A stretch of DNA of 64,000 bases, taken from assembly GCF_056746865.1 (NCBI RefSeq), contig NZ_CM163382.1. One strand, 5' to 3'. This document shows positions 13,111 to 22,569 of the stretch, piece by piece. How positions within the stretch are numbered: position 1 is the first letter of the stretch; every line of letters starts with the position of its first letter. Made by a program: the position numbers and the translations under genes. The notes beneath the pieces are model-generated. The model did not search any database, had not been told where the DNA came from, and worked only from the letters and a program-made list of their open reading frames with translations.

Positions 13111-14176
13111 CGGTTTATCCCCGCTGACGCGGGGAACACACATGAATGTCGGTTCAGACCGTGTTTTTACCCGGTTTATCCCCGCTGGCGCGGGGAACAC
13201 TGCCTCGGCGGCGGCTCTGCGCAACCGCGAAACGGTTTATCCCCGCTGGCGCGGGGAACACGTTAAACCGTGATGATCAGCAAAAGCTATTTCCGGTTTA
13301 TCTCCGCTGACGCGGGGAACACGTCAATAGGCGGCGTCCCGTAGCCGTCCCCTTCGGTTTATCCCCGCTGGCGCGGGGAACACTTGAAATGGTCCAGCAC
13401 TGCGACCGTCGGCCCCGGTTTATCCCCGCTGGCGCGGGGAACACGCTGGTGGCGCGGGCAAACGGAACAATCCCGCCGGTTTATCCCCGCTGGCGCGGGG
13501 AACACGCTAACCTATAACACGGAAAATCACACGCTAACGGTTTATCCCCGCTGGCGCGGGGAACACGGCCATTCCCCCAAGCAGACGCAGGAAGTTAACG
13601 GTTTATCCCCGCTGGCGCGGGGAACACCTGGATTTCACCTCAGCAAATGCTGGATGTGGCGGTTTATCCCCGCTGGCGCGGGGAACACCACCCCTGATAT
13701 TTTTGCCACCGTGGTTACTCCGGTTTATCCCCGCTGGCGCGGGGAACACAGAAATCAAACTCAGCGTGCAAATGGGGTAGCCGGTTTATCCCCGCTGGCG
13801 CGGGGAACACTTGCGTTATTTCTATCTGGTGAGTCGCGGCACCGGTTTATCCCCGCTGGCGCGGGGAACACGTATTTTTTATCGTCGCATGAGTCGCGGT
13901 AACCGGTTTATCCCCGCTGGCGCGGGGAACACTTCTGCCGCGCCAGCAAACGTATCGGCGGTCACGGTTTATCCCCGCTGGCGCGGGGAACACCCCAGGC
14001 CAAGCATTATATCCTGTGCGTCGTTCGGTTTATCCCCGCTGGCGCGGGGAACACACCAAGAAGCTGACGAATCAGCCCGACACGCACGGTTTATCCCCGC
14101 TGGCGCGGGGAACACCCAGTTTCATATGAGCCGCCGCGCTGGATCATCGGTTTATCCCCGCTGGCGCGGGGAACAC
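13111..14176 (-). CRISPR. Type I-E CRISPR array: 18 repeats of 29 bp (CGGTTTATCCCCGCTGGCGCGGGGAACAC on + strand), 17 spacers of 32 bp; leader at high-coordinate end
   Basis: Regular 61-bp periodicity read directly. Repeats at 13111 and 13294 carry variants (GCTGACGCG; 13294 also ATCTCC). A degenerate terminal repeat lies at about 13050-13078. Confidence 0.97.
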
Positions 14177-14272
14177 ACTAAGCATACATAACTGTTTTTA
14201 AACAAATTTATTCCGCATCAACAATCTACCAACTAAATTAAAACATTTCCTTATTTTTAAAGAACAGATAAC
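14177..14272 (-). promoter_or_regulatory. CRISPR leader (AT-rich) between array and cas2
   Basis: AT-rich ~95 bp immediately adjacent to the last perfect repeat and downstream of cas2. Confidence 0.7.
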
Positions 14273-15482
<1,210 letters not shown>

Positions 15483-15486
<4 letters not shown>

Positions 15487-16133
15487 GCCTCTGCTCCGGG
15501 TTTGATCAGCATCAGACCACAGCCGAACGCGCGGCTTTTGCCATACCCCTGGCTCAGACGTTGCAGAAATAACCCGGGATCGGTGACCGTAAGCATCCCC
15601 GTATAATCCACGCTACTGAACTGGATCAGTTGCCGGGAGTTTTCCCGCCACAGTTGCTGTTGTCGGTAGGCATCAACCGAGGTATCCAGCAGTGTAAAAC
15701 CGCTTCTCTCCCCCTGCGCTGCCAGCCAGTCCAGCGCCGCCTGTTGTTGATGCAACCAGACATCACTTCCTTCCGCCTGCCCCCTCACCTGCCGTTTCGC
15801 CTCCATCAGCAGATCGTGGCGCTTGCCCGCTTTACAGATTGTTGGATTCGCCCGCAGGTTGAAACAAAGTTGTTGTCCGGTACGCAGCTCGGGCACAAAT
15901 GACCGGCATTCGATGGTGAACGTTTCACTTTCTGCCGGGCGTTCCTGCGACAGTACAAAAAAGCGAAACGCGCCCTGGAGTTCTTCCCGACGATAAAGAA
16001 ATTGCCTTTCTTTGCCGCCAGGGAAGAGATCCCACAGCCACTGATGCATCACATATTCCCCGCGATCCACCAGATGCAGCAACTGCGCAGGCGAAAGCTG
16101 GCCGGTATGTAAGGTTATTCTTGAGAGGTACAT
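15483..16133 (-). CDS. cas6e: Cas6e/CasE crRNA endoribonuclease (divergent I-E variant)
   Basis: Start at MYLSRITLHTGQ (ATG 16131-16133, GGAGG upstream); C-terminal ...GYGKSRAFGCGLMLIKP glycine-rich motif typical of Cas6e. Confidence 0.88.
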
Positions 16134-16810
16134 GGTTCCTCCTTGCTGAGCCACGGCCCCTGATTGACGGTGCGTTCCCCAAACAACCATTGCTGACGAT
16201 TTAAAGGAACATCCCGGCGGCGCAATATTTTGCTCGCGACCAGGCCGTCGTGCTCCCCTTCCCACCAGCATTCATCCTGAAGTTTCGGGAGTGCGATTTT
16301 CAGGTCGTGGAAATGCTCCTGATACTGGTGATATGCGTTACGTAAAACATCAGACGCGTTGCCTTCAAGCAGTAACGGCGCAAGTGGTAATGCCAGCGGA
16401 TGACTTTTTCGCCCCAGATAAAGCGGAAAAACTGGATGGCGTAAACCGCCCTGCAACTGTTCGAGGCTGTAAGGCGCATCGGCTGTTGTTGCCACCGCCA
16501 CCATCCACCAGGCGTCGGTGTAGTAGTCGCGCCGGGAGATAATCGCGCTCAGAAGATCAGGGTCGCTCAACTCTTCGCGACGGCTGAAATAACGCGCTTT
16601 ACGCACCTCTTTTGGCATCTGGATTGTGTGATAATCCCGTGCCCAGCGCGGGTTACGGCTGGCGCAAACCACCAGTGAATAGTGGCGGTTAAACACGTTT
16701 AATCGTTCGGTATCATCACGCCGAATCCCTACCCCGGCAGCCAGCAGCCCCAGCAATGCTGAGCGCGAAGGCAGTTCATGGGTATGACGCACTTCGCCCG
16801 CTCCAAACAA
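16115..16810 (-). pseudogene. cas5: cas5e/casD remnant lacking about 20-25 N-terminal codons; fused to island att core
   Basis: Cas5e-like body (...LPSRSALLGLLAAGVGIRRDD..., ...LYLGRKSHPLALPL...) but the frame opens with only a TTG 3 codons after a stop, and the first codons overlap the 15-bp att repeat. Confidence 0.8.
16792..16806. repeat. att core direct repeat (left copy), CTTCGCCCGCTCCAA
   Basis: Identical 15-mer recurs at 36704-36718; matches the acceptor-stem/CCA end of a tRNA. Confidence 0.6.
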
Positions 16811-16969
16811 ACATTTCTCAACGTCTACTGAAGTCCATCAAATCCACGAATATCAAGCCTTTCAGCCATTTTCATAGCTTATTAACGTCTACTCACAACT
16901 ACCAGAATCTACACACAGAAGTGTATAGTAATGCGTATAGGACAAAATTTATTTTTTGGAGCTATACAC

Positions 16970-18184
16970 ATGCTGCTTTCAGACCTTGCTATCAGGCGCG
17001 CGAAGCCGAAAGAAAAGGCTTATACACTCAATGACGGTAACGGGCTTTCGTTACTCATTGAGCCGAACGGCTCGAAAGGGTGGCGACTACGTTACAGATT
17101 TGCAGGAAAGCCCAAAATGTTGTCGTTGGGCGTGTACCCTGATGTGTCTCTGTCTGATGCCAGAGCGGCAAGGGATGAGGCTAAAAGGCTTCTTGCTGGT
17201 GGTATAAATCCAAGTGAGGCCAGAAAAGCTCAAAAGCGAGAACAGGCGAGCAAATTTGGCAATACTTTTGAGGGTATCGCTCGCGAATGGTATGAAAAGC
17301 GGATCGACAGGTGGTCATCGTCATACGCCGAGGAAATGATCGAGACGTTTGAAAAAGACGTTTTTCCGTACATTGGCGGCAGGCCGATCGCAGAAATTAA
17401 GCCAATGGAGTTGCTTGCGGTTCTCTCCCGTCTTAATGACCGTGGGGCGACCGAAAAATTGCGTAAGGTTCGCCAGCGATGCGGCGAGGTGTTCCGGTAC
17501 GCAATCATCACCGGACGCGCTGAATATAACCCCGCACCAGATCTGGCAAGCGCATTTGCTCCACACAAAAAAGAGCATTATGCCTATTTGAAGGCCGACG
17601 AACTGCCGGAATTTTTCCGCGTTCTTAATACGTACACCGGAAGCCAGATCGTCAAGCTGGGTATGCGATTATTGATTCTGACAGGGCTCCGGCCAGGGGA
17701 ATTACGACAGGCAGAATGGCAGGAGATCGATTTTGATAATCGTTTGTGGGAAGTGCCTAAAGAACGAATGAAGATGCGCCGTCCTCATTGTGTGCCGCTT
17801 TCAGAACAGGCGATCGCTATTCTGGAACAGTTAAAACACATGACGGGGCAGTATCAGTTTATTTTCCCTGGTCGAATCCAGCACAGTAAGCCGATGAGTG
17901 AAATGGCGATGAACGTGCTTATTCGTCGTATTGGCTATTCTGGGCGCGTTACTGGTCATGGGTTCCGGCACACGATGAGCACGATTTTACATGAGCAGGG
18001 CTATAACACCGCGTGGATAGAAACGCAGCTTGCACACGTTGATAAGAACTCAATTCGTGGCACGTACAATCATGCGCAATATCTGGACGGGCGGCGCGAG
18101 ATGCTCCAGTGGTACGCCGACTATATGGACTCACTGGAACAGGGCGGCAACGTGGTGCATGGCAAGTTCGGAAAATGTGGATGA
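16970..18184 (+). CDS. int: Tyrosine recombinase, P4-type integrase
   Basis: ORF 16931..18184; start taken at MLLSDLAIRRAKPKEKAYTLNDGNGLSLLIEPNGSKGWRLRY... (ATG 16970); C-terminal catalytic region with HGFRHT and Y. Confidence 0.93.
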   Translation: MLLSDLAIRRAKPKEKAYTLNDGNGLSLLIEPNGSKGWRLRYRFAGKPKMLSLGVYPDVSLSDARAARDEAKRLLAGGINPSEARKAQKREQASKFGNTFEGIAREWYEKRIDRWSSSYAEEMIETFEKDVFPYIGGRPIAEIKPMELLAVLSRLNDRGATEKLRKVRQRCGEVFRYAIITGRAEYNPAPDLASAFAPHKKEHYAYLKADELPEFFRVLNTYTGSQIVKLGMRLLILTGLRPGELRQAEWQEIDFDNRLWEVPKERMKMRRPHCVPLSEQAIAILEQLKHMTGQYQFIFPGRIQHSKPMSEMAMNVLIRRIGYSGRVTGHGFRHTMSTILHEQGYNTAWIETQLAHVDKNSIRGTYNHAQYLDGRREMLQWYADYMDSLEQGGNVVHGKFGKCG

Positions 18185-18312
18185 CTGGTTGAGTATACAG
18201 TAGTAGACTTTGAGCGACGAAAGAAAAAGCTGTGTCTAGGGTCGCTCCCGAAAAACCGTATACCTCGACGGGCTGGCACAGCCACTACAGTAGAGGACGC
18301 TGAGGTGTGCGT

Positions 18313-19110
18313 ATGATTGATATTCATGCCGAATTAAACGAATACAAAAAAGATTTTATTTCTTTACGTGAATTTCTTGAGGTCGTGCTTAAGGTCGCTG
18401 GTGATGATTATGATGTTTCAGATCTCATAACTTGGATACTCAGGAGAATAAGCGGAGAACATATCCGCCTGTACACAGTAAATGAATTTAAGCTGTTGGA
18501 ATCTTTTTGTAACCCGTATCGGGATGAATTTGATTATGATGTTCTTTATAGAAATCTGGATGCGGTTCGGAAACATGGTTGTTTACCTGGTGAGAGGGAT
18601 GAAAATGGTTTTCTGGTGTCCGGTTATTGGGAAGATCCCGAATTTGAGAACATTGGATTTATAAGGGGTGAAATTTTCGCAATTTTTCCCGATGTCCTTG
18701 ACGCGTTAACGAAGCTGGAAGGCGCTAACTCTTCTGAAAATGACGAGGTACAAGGACGCGATATTGAAAAGAAAGAGTTGCGTACAGAGGATGATTTATT
18801 ATCCCAAATCGCAATGCTGGAAAGAGAAAACGCAGAGTTAAGGGCAAGGATAGAGCAGTTAGAGCAAGAGCGCCCGATACACTTATATAAATACTGGGAT
18901 AAAGACCCATTAGCTAAGGCTATTGAGATTAGAAACAGAGAGTGGGCCAATTACGATCCAGAAAATGATTTTGCCACCAGGGGAAATCAAGAAGCGATAA
19001 CTAGGGAGCTTAAGCAGTGGGGGGCAAGTAATGCTCTTGCAACGCTCATAGAGAGGACTGCCTGCCCTATTAACCGAGACAACAGCCAAAAGAACGCAAA
19101 GCCGGATTAA
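18313..19110 (+). CDS. Hypothetical protein (265 aa) with acidic coiled-coil segment
   Basis: ORF 18307..19110; ATG 18313; coiled-coil-like stretch LLSQIAMLERENAELRARIEQLEQER; no family recognised by eye. Confidence 0.55.
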   Translation: MIDIHAELNEYKKDFISLREFLEVVLKVAGDDYDVSDLITWILRRISGEHIRLYTVNEFKLLESFCNPYRDEFDYDVLYRNLDAVRKHGCLPGERDENGFLVSGYWEDPEFENIGFIRGEIFAIFPDVLDALTKLEGANSSENDEVQGRDIEKKELRTEDDLLSQIAMLERENAELRARIEQLEQERPIHLYKYWDKDPLAKAIEIRNREWANYDPENDFATRGNQEAITRELKQWGASNALATLIERTACPINRDNSQKNAKPD

Positions 19111-19126
19111 CGCACCATACCGCATA

Positions 19127-19275
19127 CCCTGAGGGTGATTTACTGTTACCCTGAGGGTATTTTTTTATCTTCCCCGTCAATTTTACCATCACCCTTAGGG
19201 TAGATTTCCTCCCGATTACCATCACCCTTAGGGTTAATTTCCTTCCGGTAACCATTAGGCCTGAGGGTATGAAAA
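19127..19275. repeat. Five copies of an 11-bp near-palindromic motif ACCCT(G/T)AGGGT upstream of alpA
   Basis: taccctgagggtg, taccctgagggta, cacccttagggtag, cacccttagggtta, gcctgagggtatg within about 150 bp. Confidence 0.55.
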
Positions 19276-19337
19276 TATTCGTTATTTCTGTGCCATGATT
19301 ACCTCGTCAAATTGAGTAGACGTTATGAGGTAAATAG

Positions 19338-19535
19338 ATGTCAAATACGCTTATTCGTTTAACAGAAGTTCAGCGTAGAACTGGATATAGCAAGGCATGG
19401 ATTTATCGCCTTATGGGGCAAGGTAAATTTCCTGCATCAGTTAAAATTGGCTCGCGAGCGATTGCTTTCGTTGAAAGTGAAATTGACGAATGGATCAATC
19501 AGCGTATTGCCGAATCACGCGGAACGGCTGCCTGA
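19338..19535 (+). CDS. alpA: AlpA-family phage transcriptional regulator/excisionase
   Basis: 65 aa MSNTLIRLTEVQRRTGYSKAWIYRLMGQGKFPASVKIGSRAIAFVESEIDEWI, classic AlpA HTH. Confidence 0.85.
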   Translation: MSNTLIRLTEVQRRTGYSKAWIYRLMGQGKFPASVKIGSRAIAFVESEIDEWINQRIAESRGTAA

Positions 19536-19610
19536 TTAAATAGCTACGGGTTATTGCCCAAGCTATCCACTAGCAAATAAAAAGTAACTTAATTCGATAG
19601 CGGAGTTTTT

Positions 19611-20435
19611 ATGAAACTGCGAAAAACGCCCGTACAGGGGCAGGGCTTTGTTCGGCCTGAAAACCAGAATCTGCAAAATTTCGGCGAAATTATCCCGGTT
19701 ATTTCCGGCGTTATTGGCGGGCGTGAAGCCGCTGTTGTTAGCGCAAAAGCGTTACACAAAGCGTTGGGCGTGGGAAAAGACTTCTCTACATGGATCACTG
19801 ATCGTATCTCTGAATATGACTTCACCATTGGGTACGATTACTCAGTCCATAAAACAATTTCCCCAAATTTGGGGAAAAGCCCGAATGGCGAGGCTTACAG
19901 CAAGATTAAGCACTCTGGCAGACCCGGTAAAGACTATCTGTTAAGTGTCGGAATGGCGAAAGAACTGGCAATGATCGAACGCACCGAACAGGGCCGCGCC
20001 GTTCGTCAGTACTTCATCAAATGCGAGGAGGAGCTACACAAGGTAGCGCCTGTACGTTCCGCAGCGTTACGCCGGGAACTGAAAGCCCGTATCACCGTAG
20101 CCAGCTACTTTAAGCCAATGTGTGCCGCGCTGGAGGCGTACCGGGCTGAACTGGGTAAAAACACGCTCCAGCACCACTACACCACGGAAGCCAATATGCT
20201 GGCGCGTATCGTGCTGGGTGGCATGAATGCAAAACAGTGGGCGCAGGCGAACGGCATCACAGGCGAACCACGCGACCACATGAGCACGCTGCAGCTTGAG
20301 CACCTTTCTTACCTTGAGCAGAGCAATATCACGCTGATTGAGTTAGGCCAGGACTACCACCAGCGGAAAGCTGAATTAATTCGTCTTTCGCAACGCTGGT
20401 TAGCCCGCCGCATGGAGGTGAGCAGCCATGCGTAA
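19611..20435 (+). CDS. Phage antirepressor (AntA/KilAC-type)
   Basis: 274 aa; sequence resembles prophage antirepressor proteins; part of int-alpA-ant module. Confidence 0.65.
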   Translation: MKLRKTPVQGQGFVRPENQNLQNFGEIIPVISGVIGGREAAVVSAKALHKALGVGKDFSTWITDRISEYDFTIGYDYSVHKTISPNLGKSPNGEAYSKIKHSGRPGKDYLLSVGMAKELAMIERTEQGRAVRQYFIKCEEELHKVAPVRSAALRRELKARITVASYFKPMCAALEAYRAELGKNTLQHHYTTEANMLARIVLGGMNAKQWAQANGITGEPRDHMSTLQLEHLSYLEQSNITLIELGQDYHQRKAELIRLSQRWLARRMEVSSHA

Positions 20436-20985
20436 ACCTGTCTTTTATGCCGGTCGCACTGAAATCTCTGTCATTAAATTCGATGACATTCAGGTGCGCA
20501 TAGTGAGTATCAACGGCGAGCCGTGGTTTGTTGGCGCTGATGTGTGTGCCGCGCTGGAAATCAGCAATGTTACTGATGCCGTTTCAGTTCTGGATAACGA
20601 TGAGGTAATGACCCTAGCTTTAACCGAGGGTCATTCCGGTAAGCGTGGTGGTGCCAGAAGCTGGAATGTTGTCTCTGAATCAGGTTTCTACAAACTGATC
20701 GCCCGCAGCCGTAAAGCTTCCACACCAGGCACATTTGCGCACCGTTTCAGTAACTGGGTATTCCGCGAGGTGATTCCTTCAATCCGCAAAACGGGGGGTT
20801 ATGGTGTTCCGTTTGCCATGCTGAATGATTTCAGTAAACGTCAGGCTGCATATCAACAGGAAGCCAGCAAACGCGGTTACAGGTTACAGCAATGCAAAGA
20901 GGCAAAAGATGCACTGGAACGAGAAGAGCGGGCGCTATGGCGTAAATATCAGCCTGATTTTCTGGAGGGTGAAAGCAATGTGTAA
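20428..20985 (+). CDS. Bro-N domain protein (prophage antirepressor-like)
   Basis: 185 aa; N-terminal IRIVSINGEPWFVGADVCAALEISN is the Bro-N signature. Confidence 0.75.
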   Translation: MRKPVFYAGRTEISVIKFDDIQVRIVSINGEPWFVGADVCAALEISNVTDAVSVLDNDEVMTLALTEGHSGKRGGARSWNVVSESGFYKLIARSRKASTPGTFAHRFSNWVFREVIPSIRKTGGYGVPFAMLNDFSKRQAAYQQEASKRGYRLQQCKEAKDALEREERALWRKYQPDFLEGESNV

Positions 20986-21153
20986 CGATCCGAACGTTAC
21001 AGAAAGAAAAAGCGCCCCGTTGCTGGATAACAGGCAAAACAAAGGCGACCGGGATAGGTCGCCAGTGGGAACAAAGGAAATCAAACGCATCGCCAACAAT
21101 GCCAGATTTGCGGCTGGTGGGCAATGTGATCAGTGTGCTGGCTTGCTGGTGGG

Positions 21154-21351
21154 CTATTCCTGCTCTTTAGCATCGCCATACTGCGATGTTTTCCAGGTAT
21201 GCGATTCCATTTTTGTGCGCCTGTACTCTTTTAAGAACTTCTCAAGGACAAACGCACATGGCGCAAATCTTTCCTGTTCTTGTTCGCTTACCGCATTTTT
21301 GCGTTGTTTTTTCCTGGATGAGGATAATTTCTTTAATGATTTGTCAGTCAT
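21154..21351 (-). CDS. Small basic protein (65 aa), paralog-like partner of 21409..21606
   Basis: ORF on strand opposite to neighbours; both small ORFs end ...AKEQE and share a duplicated 3' DNA segment. Confidence 0.35.
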   Translation of the reverse strand: MTDKSLKKLSSSRKKQRKNAVSEQEQERFAPCAFVLEKFLKEYRRTKMESHTWKTSQYGDAKEQE

Positions 21352-21408
21352 CGTAGATACCTGTAACCCTGTGCGCCACAGTTCACCGCACCACGGCGCT
21401 GGTGATGG

Positions 21409-21606
21409 TTACTCCTGCTCTTTGGCCTTCCGGCGCTGTTCATATTTTAATTTGCGTCCACAGGCATCTAAGACCCATGCGGAAAAATTAGCACTAGGAT
21501 TAGTTAATTTTTCTTGTTCAACACTGGCATCAATCCCATCTATAAGCTCGTGCGGGAATCGAATATTTTTCTTTGCTGATTTGTTGTTTGTGTTTCCGCT
21601 AGACAT
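21409..21606 (-). CDS. Small ribbon-helix-helix-like DNA-binding protein (65 aa)
   Basis: NIRFPHELIDGIDASVEQEK...FSAWVLDA resembles Arc/CopG RHH pattern. Confidence 0.4.
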   Translation of the reverse strand: MSSGNTNNKSAKKNIRFPHELIDGIDASVEQEKLTNPSANFSAWVLDACGRKLKYEQRRKAKEQE

Positions 21607-21810
21607 TGGTACACCTCACTTAAATGGATTTGATGGGCGCACACAATACAGCAAAAAAAGTGAGAAGTTAAGTATTGACATGTGCGCACACATGATTTTA
21701 ATCTGTGCGCAAGTTTGGGTTGCATTGCTCAAATTAAGCAACGCCCCGCAGTGCTCGCAACACATGCAGGGCGTCTAACCACCAACGATAGAAAGCGTAT
21801 CGAGGTAGCT

Positions 21811-22014
21811 ATGTTAAATCATACCACACACCCGCAAGGGCGGGACTCGCACAACCTGAATAAATACATCTGGCGTTTTATCGCCCTGAGCACCGCACAA
21901 CCACGCGTAATACACATCGAGGCCGCCAGCGAACAGGAAGCCCGTCAGCAATCCCCGGCTGGCTGCGTGATGGTATTTACTGCCCGCATCCGTCAGGGGG
22001 AATACTATGCGTGA
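21811..22014 (+). CDS. Small hypothetical island protein (67 aa)
   Basis: ATG 21811 after GAGG; MLNHTTHPQGRDSHNLNKYIWRFIALSTAQ... Confidence 0.4.
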   Translation: MLNHTTHPQGRDSHNLNKYIWRFIALSTAQPRVIHIEAASEQEARQQSPAGCVMVFTARIRQGEYYA

Positions 22015-22264
22015 TGAACGATTTATTCTTCTGGAGCAAAAATTCAGTGAAGCGCCAAAAAATGAAATTGATGCTCTTTTGCATATCGCGAATATGCTAA
22101 AAGTAGCAACGTTCCTTATAGTTTCGAATCTGGAGCATGAAACGGCGTTAGATATACTGAACAGTGCTGTCGATTATTCTGAATATATTGCCGAGGATAA
22201 ATACAGGCAATTACCAGATTTGTTAGCCCATAAATATAAAGAAGAACCTCACACCGGGAAATAA
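22007..22264 (+). CDS. Hypothetical protein (85 aa)
   Basis: ORF in operon-like series upstream of primase gene. Confidence 0.45.
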   Translation: MRDERFILLEQKFSEAPKNEIDALLHIANMLKVATFLIVSNLEHETALDILNSAVDYSEYIAEDKYRQLPDLLAHKYKEEPHTGK

Positions 22265-22266
22265 AC

Positions 22267-22569
22267 ATGAAGAAGATTAAATTTACTGGCTTAAATGCCA
22301 GCGGACAGACTCACCCGAAAATCAGGATCGGGGATATTTTCCGGGATAAATATGGTGACAGCGTGGTTATTAATTCCGTGTATGAACGGCACATTACATA
22401 CCGCCGCGCAGGGTACGACTATGACTGTGTGATGCCCGTTCATCAGTTCCGGCGTGATTTTTCACTGGTATGTGCAGCACCACGCAGTAAGCCCACCAGT
22501 AAAGAGAAAGCACGGGCAAATATTCAGGTAATAAAGAACATGATTAACGCATTCAGGGGCAAGAAATGA
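22267..22569 (+). CDS. Hypothetical protein (100 aa)
   Basis: ORF overlapping primase start; tight spacing with neighbours. Confidence 0.45.
   Translation: MKKIKFTGLNASGQTHPKIRIGDIFRDKYGDSVVINSVYERHITYRRAGYDYDCVMPVHQFRRDFSLVCAAPRSKPTSKEKARANIQVIKNMINAFRGKK

Noticed and set aside
13082-14191. ORFs 13082..13273, 13384..13902 and 13811..14191 with repeating FIPAGAGNT / LSPLARGT peptides
   Set aside because: They are translations of the CRISPR repeat-spacer array; the peptide periodicity mirrors the 61-bp repeat unit, not a gene.
20825-21778. 317-aa plus-strand ORF spanning the Bro-N gene 3' end and the small-gene region
   Set aside because: Starts inside the Bro-N gene in another frame; Cys/Ser/Phe-rich low-complexity translation with no domain-like pattern. 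Kept only as an alternative in finding 21154..21606.
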